Source: Lama glama
Lineage: Eukaryota
Length of the DNA stretch: 64,000 nt
Assembly: GCA_028534125.1 (NCBI GenBank)
Contig: CM052816.1
Span: 3,412,001 to 3,476,000, forward strand
Direction of reading: 5' to 3'
The notes below the pieces were generated by a model, which had not been told where the DNA came from, did no database searches, and saw nothing but the letters and a program-made list of their open reading frames with translations. Shown here one piece after another: positions 14,805-27,350 of this stretch. A program made the translations under genes and the position numbers. Position 1 is the first letter of the stretch. Every line of letters begins with the position of its first letter.

Positions 14805-15165
14805 CCAGGTTCTAAGATAGGTTCATTCTGGATGAAGTGAAGCAGGTGGAACCAAGTGGGTCAAGGCTTTCTCAGATAAACGCAGAGAAGCAGCGTCTGG
14901 GCTTGCAATGGGTTGGACCACTGTCACTGCAGCCCTTAGGACAGTAGCTCGCATTTAGCAGATGAGCAATAAAAAATGGATGAATGAACAAATGCATTAG
15001 AAAATGAATGCATCATTAAACTCTTAAAAACCTGTCTAAGAGTATATCGCCCCTCCCTCCATGTGTTCAGGAAAATAATGTCAGTCTTTGAATGACAAAA
15101 GTCCCTGGAAGGGCCTCTTCTCTTTAAATAGCATACGTGAACTGCAGATCCTGGCTTTACTTGTG

Positions 15166-15336
15166 TTTTTTTCTTTCTTTCTTTCTTTCTTTCTTTTTTT
15201 TTTTTTTTTTTTTGAGCGGGGGGGTGGTAATTAGTTTTATTTATTTATTTGTTTTTAGAGGAAGTACTGGGGATTGAACCCAGGACCTCATGCATGCTAA
15301 ACGTGTGCTCTACCACTTGAACTATACCCTCCCCCC
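15166..15336 (-). mobile_element. tRNA-derived SINE
   Basis: Reverse complement of the same SINE (GTACTGGGGATTGAACCCAGGACC...CTCTACCACTTGAACTATACCCTCCCC) with a T-rich tail. Confidence 0.88.
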
Positions 15337-16182
15337 ACTTTATTTCTAATTGTAATGTTTTGTCCCTCATTTTTTTTGCCTTAATTGTTGCCTTTAAACT
15401 ATTGCATAAAAATATTATTTATCTTGATTACTGAGTTCTTCCTCCTCCTCCTCAATTTTGCATGTGAGACAAGTGCCTCACGTACCTTACCTTGGTCCCA
15501 GCCCTGATGTGAAGTGATACCCAAAGCAGGCAGCGTGTATGTGTGCACACTTGCCATGCAGGAAAGGGCGTTTTCCTTCTTTCTTTTGCTTTTGTTCAAT
15601 ACTCATCTTTCAACAAAAATATATTCAGCACTGGCTGTGTGTGAGGCTGTGCTGGGAGCTGTCAGAGCTGATGCCCAGATAAGTTAGGAACTTAGCTATA
15701 GCCACAGAAATAAAGCAGGTGCATAATGACAACTTAAAGTACAGAAGTGCTGTAAGTGTAAAGTAGAGGCTATGAGTGGGTGTAGACGTCATTTTTATTT
15801 GGGTGAACTTGAAGAAACTTTCCGGAGAAGGTCGCATTGGAGATGGACTTTAAAAGGGTTGGATACAACCCAGATCCTTTTGGGAGTGTGTGGAAAAAAA
15901 ATCAAGCAACCAATAAAATAGATTTTGTGATGATTCAAAAACAAGTACGATAATGCCCAGCTACCTTTTCTTTGATGACATTCCACGTAACAAAGTAAAT
16001 ATAGACTTTAATCACAGTAACAGGTACAGCAGATAATTTAAAAGGGCTTACCTGCCTTTCTGTAGGATGCTAAATCCTTTTAAAGTTCTTCAGCCTGCAA
16101 GAGATAACTGACATCGTTTCTCAGGGGGACCTCGTATGTGGGACACGAATCTGTTACAAAACAACTGTAAACTCAGGGTTAC

Positions 16183-16198
16183 TGCTGCCCCCTGCTGC
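16183..16198 (-). promoter_or_regulatory. Candidate CTCF site
   Basis: Minus strand reads GCAGCAGGGGGCAGCA, close to the CCASYAGRKGGCRS consensus. Confidence 0.5.
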
Positions 16199-16639
16199 TA
16201 CAGAGCGGTGTAGCAAGCCAAGCAACCTGGACATCCTCCTGACCAATCTGTATAGCCCACACGAGTGGGTTGTTGAGATTGTTTAGTGATAAGGTCATTA
16301 GCACCATGAAACAACAGCATCAGCGAAAGTGATGATTAGGCGTGGAAACCAAATAGCAGACTGCAGAGAATGACGCATTTGCGATGACACTCACCCAAAG
16401 CGCTTTGTTTTAACAATATATATGAGCTCATAAACATCATACGACAGGAGAGAGCAGGAGCTGGAGATGAACAATCTGATTTGCTTCCATTTTTTTCTGC
16501 CTGGGCTTATTAATAAGCAGAGACACAGTGTAACTGACTAATAAGAGTTCGGAGATTATTATTTATGAACCTGTCTACCAATGACAAAAGGGAGTGAGAC
16601 CCACAAAATCAGTAGATTAAATGTGCTGGAACATTTGGA

Positions 16640-17760
16640 CTCCTACATGCTGGGGAAAAAATCTTTATGACCTTGCATTAGGCAAAGATTTATTGGATAG
16701 GAACAAAAAGTATGAGCCATAAAATAAAACAATTGATAAATAGGACTTCATCGAAACTAAAAACTTCTGCTCTTTGGAAGACACTGTTAAGAAAATGAAA
16801 AGATGAGCCACAGATTGGGAGAAAATAAATATAAATAAGAAAACACATATCTGACAAGGAACTTTCATCCTGTGTGTGTGTGTGTCTTGTGTGTGTGCTC
16901 TTAAAACTCAATAGTAAGAAAACAAACAAGCCAGTTAAAAATATGCAAAAAATTTGAACACACAGTTCACCAAAGAAAACATATATATGGCAAATAAGTA
17001 CACAAAATATACTCGATGCTAGGGAAATGCAAATTAAAACCACCATATAGCTACTAGAGTCTCAAAAAGGAAAAGACCAAGTGCAGAGGAGGATGGAGAG
17101 CAGTTGCAACTCTTCCAGTTTGCTGGTGGAAATGAAAAGTGACAGTCTCCTTAGAAAACTGCCTGACACTTTCTTATATAGTTAAACATGTAACTGCTGT
17201 AACGCCTTGCCATCCATTCCTGTGTGGTTACTAAGAAGACATGAAAACACTATGTCCATGTGTATGTGAATGTTCATAGGACTGAGAATAACCCAAATGT
17301 CCATCAACTGATGAATGAATAAATGAATTATGGTACATCCACACAATGCAATACTCTTTCCCTGTGGAAAGGAACAGATTATTAATACATGCAGCAACAC
17401 TGATGGACCTCAACAGTTTTACACTGATGGACCTCAACAGTTTTATGCTAAGTGAGAGAAGCCAGACACAAAAGTCTATATACTGCAAGATTCCACTTAC
17501 ATGATATTTTGGAAAAGGCAGAAGCATATGAACAGAAATCAGATCTGTGGTTACCAGGGGCTGGGAGTGAAGGAGGGGACTGAATACTAAGGAGGCACAA
17601 AAGGAATTGCTTGGGGATGATGCAAACATTCTATGTCTTAATTCTGGTGGTAGTGGTTATAGGACAGCATGTGTTAAGCAAAACTCATTGAACTGTTCAC
17701 TTGAAGTTAATTTTACTGTATGTAAATTATACCTCAATAAACCTAACCTTAAAAAAATCA
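16640..17760 (+). mobile_element. Old L1 (L1M-type) ORF2 end and 3'UTR
   Basis: TTCATCGAAACTAAAAACTTCTGCTCTT, AGGGAAATGCAAATTAAAACCAC, CCCAAATGTCCATCAACTGATGAATG, ending TATACCTCAATAAA. Confidence 0.82.
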
Positions 17761-19279
17761 ACAGGATGGAAAAAAAGTGTGAATATTTCTGTCTGCCACT
17801 TAGGATCAAATGATAAAAATTATATTCTTTATCATATTCCAAGCTCTTAAAACAGTAAGATGCTAGTTACCATGTACCCTGCCTGTTACTGCCCCCTTAT
17901 CTCCTTGTACCCTCCCTTTGTTTATTAGTCATGGAGCACACAGTCTCCCTTCCTGTCTCTAACTTAGGAGGATCATGGCAGCCTCTGGCTCCTTAACTGC
18001 TGTCTCCAAGATATTTGCACAGTTGATGCCTTCTTATCACTCATGTCTTAGCGCCCAAGTTATCTCCTAGCAGAGGCTACCCTGATCACCTTCTATAAGG
18101 TAGCTACCTCCCATTCTGTTGGATAAAGAGGTCTGAGTCAAAGGAGAGAGTGTTGCCAGAGCCTGGGTATCACCTGGATATTATGACCTGGATGACATCC
18201 TAGTAAGAACTGAGAACTGAGTCCCAGCACAATTCAAATGATCAAATGGGCTGGATGCTGCTGAGAGTAGAGTAAAATGAGGACTAAGCATGCCCATTGG
18301 AGGTCAAAGCGTAGGTCACACCGGTCTCAGTGAAGGGAGAAAAGCCTGATTGGGGTATGCTCAAAAGTGAAGAGGTTTCTTCAGGAAATAAACTGATGTC
18401 AGGGGGAAATTGAGATGGAGGAAGGAACCTATAGATTAAAAGGTGATTAGAAGATACACCAGCCAGTCACACAGGGGTGAACTTTATTGGATCCTCAGAC
18501 AATTGGTATCCAAATATGACTTGATTCTGATGATATTAAATAATTATTAATTGATTATTTTATTATTTGATTTTTAAATGAGACAATGGTTCTGTGGTTA
18601 TGTGGGGGGGGGGAAGAGGAGTCCTTATCTTTTAAAAATGCAAGCTGGACTGAAACAATGTCTATGGGTAGATAATTGTTAAAGTCAGGTGATGAATTCA
18701 CTGTTCTCTCTACTTTTGTATATGTTTGGAACTCTCCAATAGTAAATTTCAAAAAACGAAATCAAAGAATCTTATATTAAAGAGGTAAAGTTGAGAGCTT
18801 TCATCAGAATAACAACCTTATCTTTTTATGTGCAACATACTCTTGTAAGATTCTCACAAGTTTAGAAATGTGTGATACTTCTTATAAAAATAACCTCCAA
18901 AAGAAACCGTTAAGTTTGATTTAAAAAAAAAACTTGTTAATTTTTCGCCTGGAAGTAGAATAGAATCTCAATTCCTAAATAAAAATAAAAGTGAATGGAT
19001 GGTAAGTAATGCAAACTAATAATATATTACTGATTCCCAATCATGTTCATAAATATTTCCAGATTACAAAATACATAACCAGCATATAAAATCCAGTCTG
19101 ATTTTTTAAATGTTATTTTTACAGTGGCTAACAGTCGATATCATTTTTTTTAAACATCTTCTCTGTATTTTCTAACGTTTATGTAAGGCATATGGATGCC
19201 TTAATTTTAACCGTTAAAATTTTTTTTTTAATTTTAAAAAAAGGAACGCAGCTACCAGCTGCTACTTTTATTGACGGAA

Positions 19280-20000
19280 AGTACAGAGACCCTCCGCCAC
19301 TCCAAACCCCACGGCCACCGTCGAACTGCGGGGAGAAGGAGGCGAATATGCGCAGGCGCAATACCTAGCCATCAATCTGAGGCGGGACTTGAGCCTCGAG
19401 TAAAGGACAGCTCTTTCAGCCAATCAAGGGACAGTATCAGTGGTTTCTTCCTGGAGGTGGAGGCCGGAAGTTAGATTTCGGCTGCGGCAGCGAAGGCGGC
19501 TACCGGTGTAAAACCCCTAAGCTGAGGTGAGTGGGCGGCGACGGCTTGGGGCTCCGTTCCGCTCGCATTTCTCTTTCCGGACCCCGCGGCTTTCTCGGGG
19601 CGTGCTGGGAATAAGGGGGGGCCTGGCGTCGAGTGCTGTCGCCCGCCTTCCTCCCCGGCGTCCCTCAGAGAGCGCGGCCTCCTCGCCGCTCGCGGAGCCC
19701 CCAGGTGGGCCGCCCGGCGGAAGGTGCCCTCCGCGCGGCGGCTCGGGGCTTCCTCCGAGTGGGGCAGCCGAGCCCCGCAGGAGGTCGGGAGACCTCTGTT
19801 CCAGCCCCGCGCCGTTGGGTTGCTAAGCCGTGTGGCCTCGGCGAGTCGTTCGGCCTCTCCGGACTTTGTCATGTGGGATGTGCAGCCCCGCTGTTTCTCC
19901 TCGGGGAGCAGCCCTGAAGTCAGGTGAATTAACGGGAGGCGGGGAAGGAGGTAGATGCCACGCCCCATTCACAGTAGACGAGATGAGTCAGACGTCTCGG
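19280..20000 (+). promoter_or_regulatory. MED7: MED7 CpG-island promoter
   Basis: CpG-dense, GC-rich stretch. NRF1-type TGCGCAGGCGCA at 19349-19360, GC box near 19379-19387, CCAAT at 19420-19424, ETS/GABP CCGGAAGT at 19464-19471. Confidence 0.88.
19470..19526 (+). other. MED7: MED7 non-coding exon 1 (start approximate)
   Basis: Strong donor GAG|GTGAGT at 19527, just downstream of the ETS site. A second possible donor CAG|GTGAAT at 19924. Confidence 0.7.
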
Positions 20001-21589
20001 GATGGGACTCTGGAATTCCTTTCTTTGTTTCTTTTTCTTTTCTTTTCTTTTTTAAATTAAATCCTGCAGAACGGAACAAACAGTAGAAGGTCGATCTTGA
20101 GTCTAGTAAGCAGCAAAGATGCTCGGCGCTGGTTTTACTGAAAACCTCCTTCGTCTTTGACAAATTCAGTCTAGAGAAGTGATAGAGAAATAAACATGAT
20201 TTCTGCAATATGTCCGTTCCCTTTTGTACTGATAGACGCTTCATAGTTCATTGATTTCGGAGAGCTTGTACTGCGCAGTTACAAGGACCAAGGGTCAGAA
20301 TTCCTGCTGTGCCATTTACTAGCCTGTTGATCTGGTTGCAAACACTTACCCCCGGTGAGACTTGGGAATCCTCTGTTCTTAAATGAAACTGATAATAGTG
20401 CTTAACTCATAGGATTGTTATGAAGATTAAGTAAGAGGGGTTATAAAACAGTGGTACCTGTCACTTAGTTGGCCTTCGGTAAATGACAGCTTAAGTAGAG
20501 GAATACACATGGTGCTGAGAAACACAAAACAGGACTTTAATCTTAAAAGGCTTGAGTAGGGTGAAACCTGGGTTAAAATTTATTTAGAAGTACCAAATCA
20601 TGCTGATTCTATGATTTTTGGTAATTGTGTGGTTATAAGAGAACGTTCTTGTTTGGCAGATACCCATTAAAGCACTTGGGGATAAAAAGATGAGAGACCA
20701 ATAAGGCAAATGAGGGAAAATGTTAACATTTGGAGAATCTGGGTAAAGAACATGGAATATTCTTTGTACTATTCATACAACTTTTCTGTGAGTTTGAATT
20801 TACGTTTGAAAGTTTAAAAAAGTTCATTAAAACTCTTTGCAACTGTGGTAAATGTATTGTAAATAAATGAAATCGTGCACAGTGTTTATAACGCTCCGTC
20901 CTGTGCACTTTAACTCCTTTTTTCCTAATGGCTGTATTATATGGATGTATTTTCACCAGCCCTGGAATTGATGAAGTTATGGATTATTTCCAGCTTTTCC
21001 TGTTCTTTTCAAACAGTGCTGCATTAAACATACTTACACACATTGTTGTGTACTTGTACCAATATTTTTATAGGATAAATTTCTAGAAACAGAATTTTGG
21101 GGTCAAAGAATATCAGCATTTAAATTTTTGAGTCTGTCACATTAAATTCCAAATAAATGTATTTGTTTCTTTTCCTAAAAGTTGTGTTTGAGAATTCCTA
21201 GTATTGTCTTGGTGTTACCAGGCTACCGCCTGAGTGTGTTATGTGGTGGTTGTGATGGTGGCTTCTTTGAGAGCCAAGGTGAGTGGATGCTGTCCACCCT
21301 AGAAGGCTTCCTGCAGGGTCGGAATAGCTAAGAGCCTGCTTCGAAAATTGGGGTGACCATTCTGATTTAGGGACTGCCACACTGAAGATTTTCTAATATT
21401 TGTTGAGTGATGGAATGTTTGAAATCTTGATAGTCTGGTAGATGAAAAGTCCTTTTTAAAATTTACTTTTAACAGTGTGTAATTTGAATGTTTCCCTGCC
21501 TTTATCCAGCATTTGCGTTTTCATTGTCATCTTTTGCCTATTTTTCTGTTAATTTTTTAAAATGCAAGGCTCTTTAAGAAACTCATTCT

Positions 21590-21691
21590 GGGGGAGGGTA
21601 ATAATAGCTAAGTGGGAGAGCTCATGCTTAGCCTGCATGAGGTCCTGGGTTCAATCCCCAGTACCACCATTAAAAAACAAACAAACAAAAA
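21590..21691 (+). mobile_element. tRNA-derived SINE in the MED7 intron
   Basis: Same head and B box, with an (AAAC)n tail. Confidence 0.85.
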
Positions 21692-23112
21692 TCCTCCTTG
21701 AATGGACCTTTATTGAGATTCTGGCACCTTCTAGACATTGTTTGAAATGCTGGAGGTAGAGTTGTGAACAAGACAGGAAATTTCTTAAGTCGTAGTGCTT
21801 TTCTAATGGGGATGGAGTCAGAAAATATGTTTTTTAAAAATCAAAATAAAATTTCTAGTATTTGCCCTTTGTTAGCTTGCAAACATTCTTCCAGGGAAAT
21901 TGAGTTGTCTTTTAATTTTGCTTCTGATATATTTTTCTATATGGAATTTTTAGATTTATTTCTGGCAATCAGATCTGTTGGTCTTTTGTAGTACCCTTAA
22001 AATGTGTAGTTATTTCTTGTCTGTTTTCCTTGATTGTGTGCAACATGAGGATGGATGCAGTATTTCTTGTTTATCCTTGAAAGATAGTGTAGTGTTTGAG
22101 ATCTTTAGACTCTGGCTTCTTTCTTTCCTCTGTGACTTCATGCAAGTGGCGCAGGCTTTCTCAGCCACAGTGGTCTCTAAAATGGAAAGAGAACCTTTAT
22201 TTTCTCAGATTTCTCACAACCATGAGAAAAGTAGAACCGTGTCTGGCACGTAATATGCAGTCACATGGTATCTATCATCATAGTCATCATGCCTGGATAC
22301 TCAATTGTTACATATTAGAAAAATGGTAAATATTTGAAGGAGTGAATACACATTAAGGATGTTTGTACCTGCTTCCAAATTCCCATTGATTTAGAGCCCT
22401 CTTAAAATGAATGGAGCCATCAACAAATGTTTGAAACTTACGTGGACAGTTGTGGACATGGTGAGAACTGTGGTAGTCACAGTCTTTCCCCTCTTGGAGC
22501 TTACAGTCTGGTTGAGGGGACAAATCAGATACTAGCACAAAGCATAAAGGAGGGGAGGCAGCATCTGCTTTTGATGAATAATAAGAAAAGTTGTGTCTTT
22601 AGAGGTGAGATTTTAAGCTGGTGCTTGAAGCAGGAAGAAAAGCATATAGGAAGACCCAAAGGCAGGAAAGGTTGGTGTAAAGAATTGTGTAAGAATACTA
22701 GAAGACAATATTGCTAGGTTATGAGGGAGAAGAACAGTAGTGAAAACAAACAGATCCCTGGGGAGACTGTCGTATTCCAGGTAAGAGGGAATGGTGTCTT
22801 AGTTAGAACTGGTGAATTTGAGATTGTAAAGGTTTGGAATCAACAGGACTTGATAAATTTGGCAGTGATAGTGTGGAGAAGAGGTCAATAAAAGTGGAGG
22901 ATTAAGATAACCTTTAGGTTTCTGGCTTGAAACGCTAGATGGATAATGGGGACATTTTACTGAGACAGGGGAGATTCAAACTGAGAGGAAGTGGTTTAGA
23001 GTGTGTATGTATAGTAGATGGAATAAAAGAACTCCTTTTTTTTTGTTTTTTAAGTTTAAATGCCCTATGAGACATCCAGAAGGAGCCCAGAAGCAGTCTG
23101 GACTGGGATGTA

Positions 23113-23464
23113 AAGTCAAGTCAAGAGAAAAACAAATACTGTATGGTATCACTTAAATGTGGATCCAAGAACTATACAATTGAATCTATATACAAAACAA
23201 ACAGGCACGTAGATAACAAATTCACAATTACCAAAGGGGAGAGGGAGGGAGGGGCAAAATGGGAATATGGGATTAACACATACAAACTACTACACATAAA
23301 ATAGATAAGCAACAAGAATTTACTGTATAGTACAGGGAATTATATTCAATATCTTGTAGTAACCTATAATGGAATACTATCTGAAAAAAAAACTGAATCA
23401 CTTTGCTATACACTGGAAACTAACACAATATTGTAAATCAGCTATACTTCAATTAAAAAAAAAA
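23113..23464 (+). mobile_element. 5'-truncated L1, 3' end
   Basis: ACAAATACTGTATGGTATCACTTAAATGTGGA...TACTGTATAGTACAGGGAATTATATTCAATATCTTG...polyA, with flanking AAAGTCA repeat. Confidence 0.82.
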
Positions 23465-23486
23465 GTCAGGAGTCATAAACATAGAC

Positions 23487-23706
23487 CAGGTTTCTCCACT
23501 TTGCACAATATATTGACATTTGAGGCTGGTTAATTTTTTGTGGTGGGAGAGCAGTCCTGTGCCTTGTATGTTTACAGCATTCCCAGCCTCAACTCATTAG
23601 AAGCCAGTAGAGCCACCCACTCCCAGACTGTGACAACTAAAAAACATCTCCAGACCTTGCCATATGTCTTCTGGTGGGCAGAATTGCCCCTGGTTGAGAA
23701 CCACTG
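23487..23706. mobile_element. MER20-like hAT-Charlie element
   Basis: TATTGACATTTG...GTGACAACTAAAAAACATCTCCAGAC...CCCTGGTTGAGAACCACTG. Confidence 0.8.
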
Positions 23707-25039
23707 ACAGAAATGGTATTCAGAGCTGTGGAATTGACTGAGATCACCCAAGGGAGAACGTAAAACAGAGGTCTAAAACTAGTGGCCAGCAGGCCACAAA
23801 GATTGTTGCAGATAAGTTCTTTTTGACCTTGACATTTAGTGGAATTGATTACCAGTATTTTTTAAAATTGAGAGATTTCACATAAAAATCTGAAATTTTG
23901 TCCTATCTTGAAAAATCAGGAAACTGAGGAACAGTGACTCTTCATTCCCTCATGAATGCTAGAGGCTGTGGGCTGAGATCTGGCGTGCGTGCGTGGGCTC
24001 AGTTCACCCTGATCCCTGCCCCATGGTGCGTTGCTCTTCATGTTGCCTGCGTTTTCCCATTGGCATTTGAGTTTGTGATTCCCTAAATTAGGGCAGCCCT
24101 CTGAGTGATGCCACCATTAAAATTTGGGTAGAGAAGGGGGTGCACTGAAGGAGACGGAGTGGCCAGTGAGGTAGGAGGAAAACAAATGTAGGATCGCAGA
24201 GGCTGAGGGAGTAGGAATGTGCTGAAAAGGAAGAAAATGCTGGTGAGAGATGAAGATCATCTTAGAAAAATGTCGGCTGGATTTAGTGCTGTGGTGATTG
24301 TGGATGACCTTGATGAGCAGTTTTTGGGGAGGTGGGAGGTTGAAGCGAGGCTGGATAGTGACAAAAGTGGATATGCAGAAGGCTAGTAAAGCACTGTGTT
24401 GTGGGCTGGTGCAGTTACAGTAACTCAGGATGTGCCCATGGCCACTGCCTCAGTGACTCACGGCAGCATCCTGGTCCACCGCTGTGGCTTGGTGGAAACT
24501 CAGAGCTGTCCCACAGCTGTCCTTTGTACCTCACAAATTGCAAGTATAAAACTGCCTCTAGTATGTTACTTGTCATCTCTGATCTTCAATGTGTTATATC
24601 TTGAAAGTCTAGTAAGATCAGTCTAAATGAGCACTTGAATTCTTCTCATTTTGTGATGTACCTAAGTTGGAAATGGATTAATAGAGGTGGTTGTAGCTGT
24701 TGAAGATTGCACTTGGGTTTGAAATTTCTGTAGTAGATGTGGAAAAGTTAATGTGCCTATAAAAATTGTAGCATATATTACAGGAAAAAAGGATATAGAA
24801 TTGGATCATTTTATCAGATAAGCTTAAATGGTGAGAGGTGTCTGGAATATAGCAATATTAATTTTGTCAAAGAGTTTCTTAGCGTTATAAGGAGATCAAT
24901 CTATAATATAAAACAGAAGTGATTGTAACATGAGATGGGGTGACAGCATGTGTAGTTTGACTGCAGAGAGGAGTAGAGAAATGGAGCATAATTAGTGAGG
25001 GGTATGGAATCCAGAAGATTTCCTTTCTAGGTGAAAATA

Positions 25040-25180
25040 CAGTTGACCCCTGAACAACTAGGAAGTGAGGGGTGCCTGCCCTCTGTGCAGTTGGAAATCT
25101 GAGTGTAACTTATAATTGGCCCTTCGTGCCTGCAGTTCCTTCATATTTGCAGTTCTGCATCTGAGGATTCAATCAACCGT
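25040..25180. mobile_element. Tigger2/MER8-like TcMar fragment just upstream of the MED7 acceptor
   Basis: TA|CAGTTGACCCCTGAACAA terminus and TTCTGCATCTGAGGATTCAATCAACC. Confidence 0.68.
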
Positions 25181-25259
25181 AGTCACCAAGGTGACAGGTT
25201 TGTTTTGTAGCTCTGCTCTAAATCTTTGGTCTATTTCTTTAGATTCTTGATCTTCCACA

Positions 25260-25961
25260 ATGGGTGAGCCACAGCAAGTCAGTGCCCTTCCGCCACCTCC
25301 GATGCAGTACATCAAGGAGTATACAGATGAAAATATTCAGGAAGGCCTAGCTCCCAAGCCGCCTCCTCCAATAAAGGACAGTTACATGATGTTCGGCAAC
25401 CAGTTCCAATGCGACGATCTTATCATCCGTCCTTTAGAAAGTCAGGGTATCGAACGACTTCATCCTATGCAGTTTGATCACAAGAAAGAACTGAGAAAAC
25501 TCAATATGTCTATCCTTATTAATTTCTTAGATCTCTTAGATATCTTGATAAGGAGCCCTGGGAGTATAAAACGAGAAGAGAAGCTAGAAGATCTTAAGCT
25601 GCTTTTTGTACACGTGCATCATCTCATAAATGAATACCGACCCCACCAAGCAAGAGAGACCTTGAGAGTCATGATGGAGGTACAGAAACGTCAACGCCTT
25701 GAAACAGCCGAAAGGTTTCAGAAGCATCTGGAACGAGTCATCGAGATGATTCAGAATTGCTTGGCTTCTTTGCCTGATGACTTGCCCCATTCGGAAGCAG
25801 GGATGAGAGTAAAATCTGAACCAATGGATGCTGATGATAGCAACAATTGTACTGGACAGAATGAACAACAAAGAGAAAATTCAGGATCTAGGAGAGACCA
25901 GATTATAGAGAAAGATGCTGCCTTGTGTGTCCTAATTGATGAAATGAATGAAAGACCATGA
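25260..25961 (+). CDS. MED7: Mediator complex subunit 7, whole CDS in exon 2
   Basis: 233-aa [29 protein letters not shown]...[12 protein letters not shown]...DEMNERP, near-identical to MED7. Acceptor TTTCTTTAG ends at 25242, 17 nt before the ATG. Confidence 0.99.
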   Translation: MGEPQQVSALPPPPMQYIKEYTDENIQEGLAPKPPPPIKDSYMMFGNQFQCDDLIIRPLESQGIERLHPMQFDHKKELRKLNMSILINFLDLLDILIRSPGSIKREEKLEDLKLLFVHVHHLINEYRPHQARETLRVMMEVQKRQRLETAERFQKHLERVIEMIQNCLASLPDDLPHSEAGMRVKSEPMDADDSNNCTGQNEQQRENSGSRRDQIIEKDAALCVLIDEMNERP

Positions 25962-26317
25962 AGGATGTTTCTTTTTCTTCTCGCTTTTTTTTTTCCTTTC
26001 AGTAAATAGCATATATATTAGTTAATTCACTCTTAAGAGATGACTAAGAGAAATATAACTAGAAGTCATACAAACAGCTTGACTCTCCAGCATTATCAGT
26101 TATGAGACGTCACAGGCAATAATTTCAGCTTTTGGCAGGTTTAGGCAAATGAGTATGCCAGCATTAAGAGTCATCACCTAAAAAGCAAGAGTGTTCACTA
26201 CCCTTGTGTGGAACATTCCTGTGTTTGGAGTTGCCGTAAACTTTGAAGATATCCTCAGTAACAGCAAGCTTTCATCCTTGAAAAGTAGAATTGTTGTTTG
26301 CTTTAAGAATGGTAGAT

Positions 26318-26323
26318 AATAAA
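26318..26323 (+). terminator. MED7: MED7 polyadenylation signal
   Basis: AATAAA about 360 nt after the stop. Confidence 0.6.
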
Positions 26324-27169
26324 GGATATCAAACTGTGTACATGTGAAATTACGATCTTTAGATTTATTTCACTTAAAAATCTGCTGAATCTAAAAAAAT
26401 ACTGTAACGTGTTAAAAGTAAACATGTTAAACCATATAGAGTTAAAAAACAGCAATTTTATTTTTCCTGTTGACCATTCCTGTTAACGCTCTGTCTCAGC
26501 CTCTTGTCCCTTGGTGTGTCCTGTGACTATTTTCCAGTTCCTAAGAAGCCCTTTGACCACTCTTAGTTACAGACATTGATGTTAACTCAAAGGTCTATGT
26601 AATTACCTGTACATTTCCTAAACTCAGACTTGCTTAAGGCCAGAAGCCTGCGGTGGGAAGGGGCTTTTTGGCAGACTGCAGGATGTCCACTGGAGATTCC
26701 TGCTCCCCTGAGATCGGCTGCCCTGCCAGGGACTGCATTTCCCCATCCCCCTTGCCGCTCTGTGAGGCCATGTGACTGAGTTCTCAGCATTGGAATATGG
26801 TGTAAAAATCCTGGCCTGCCCCGTAAAAATGTCTTATGTCGCCCTCCATTCTCTTCTCATCTGCTGATTTGATGGTCACACCCAGGAAAACTTCAGAAGC
26901 CACTTGAAGATGGCAAAAGTTCAGTCAGTTCTGGTCCTTGAATGACTGAAGACTAGGCCCTCCTTTCATTAACTCTACCCTCCCCACAGCCCTTACCCCT
27001 GACCCTGCTCTTTTGACTTCAGATGAGCAAGAAGTCAACTTGTTTTCAACATGGAAGTTTCATTTCTGCATTTTCCGCTTTTCTGTCCTCCACCCTCTCC
27101 TCCACCAAAGTCTTGATGGGGAGTCTGCCTCGTATCAGGTTGTCTGCTGGCCTTTCCTTTAATGAGAAC

Positions 27170-27350
27170 CAGTGGTTCTCGGTGTCATCCTGGACCAGCA
27201 GTGCTAGCTTCACTTGGAGACTTGGTTAAAATTCAGATTCTCAGGCCCACCCCAGACCTGCTAAATCAAACTCTGGGGTTGGAGCCCAACAAGCTGTGGT
27301 TTAAAGAGCCCTTAGGTGATTTCCATGCAAGCTGAAGATTAAGAATCACT
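27170..27350. mobile_element. MER5A-like hAT-Charlie MITE
   Basis: TIRs CAGTGGTTCTC...AAGAATCACTG and internal CAGATTCTCAGGCCCACCCCAGACC. Confidence 0.82.

Noticed and set aside
17397..17446. 24-bp perfect tandem duplication (a similar 23-bp one near 46590-46630)
   Set aside because: Ordinary slippage duplications in an L1 relic and an intron.
19471..20060. Arg/Pro/Ala-rich ORFs
   Set aside because: Expected from stop-codon depletion in a CpG island.
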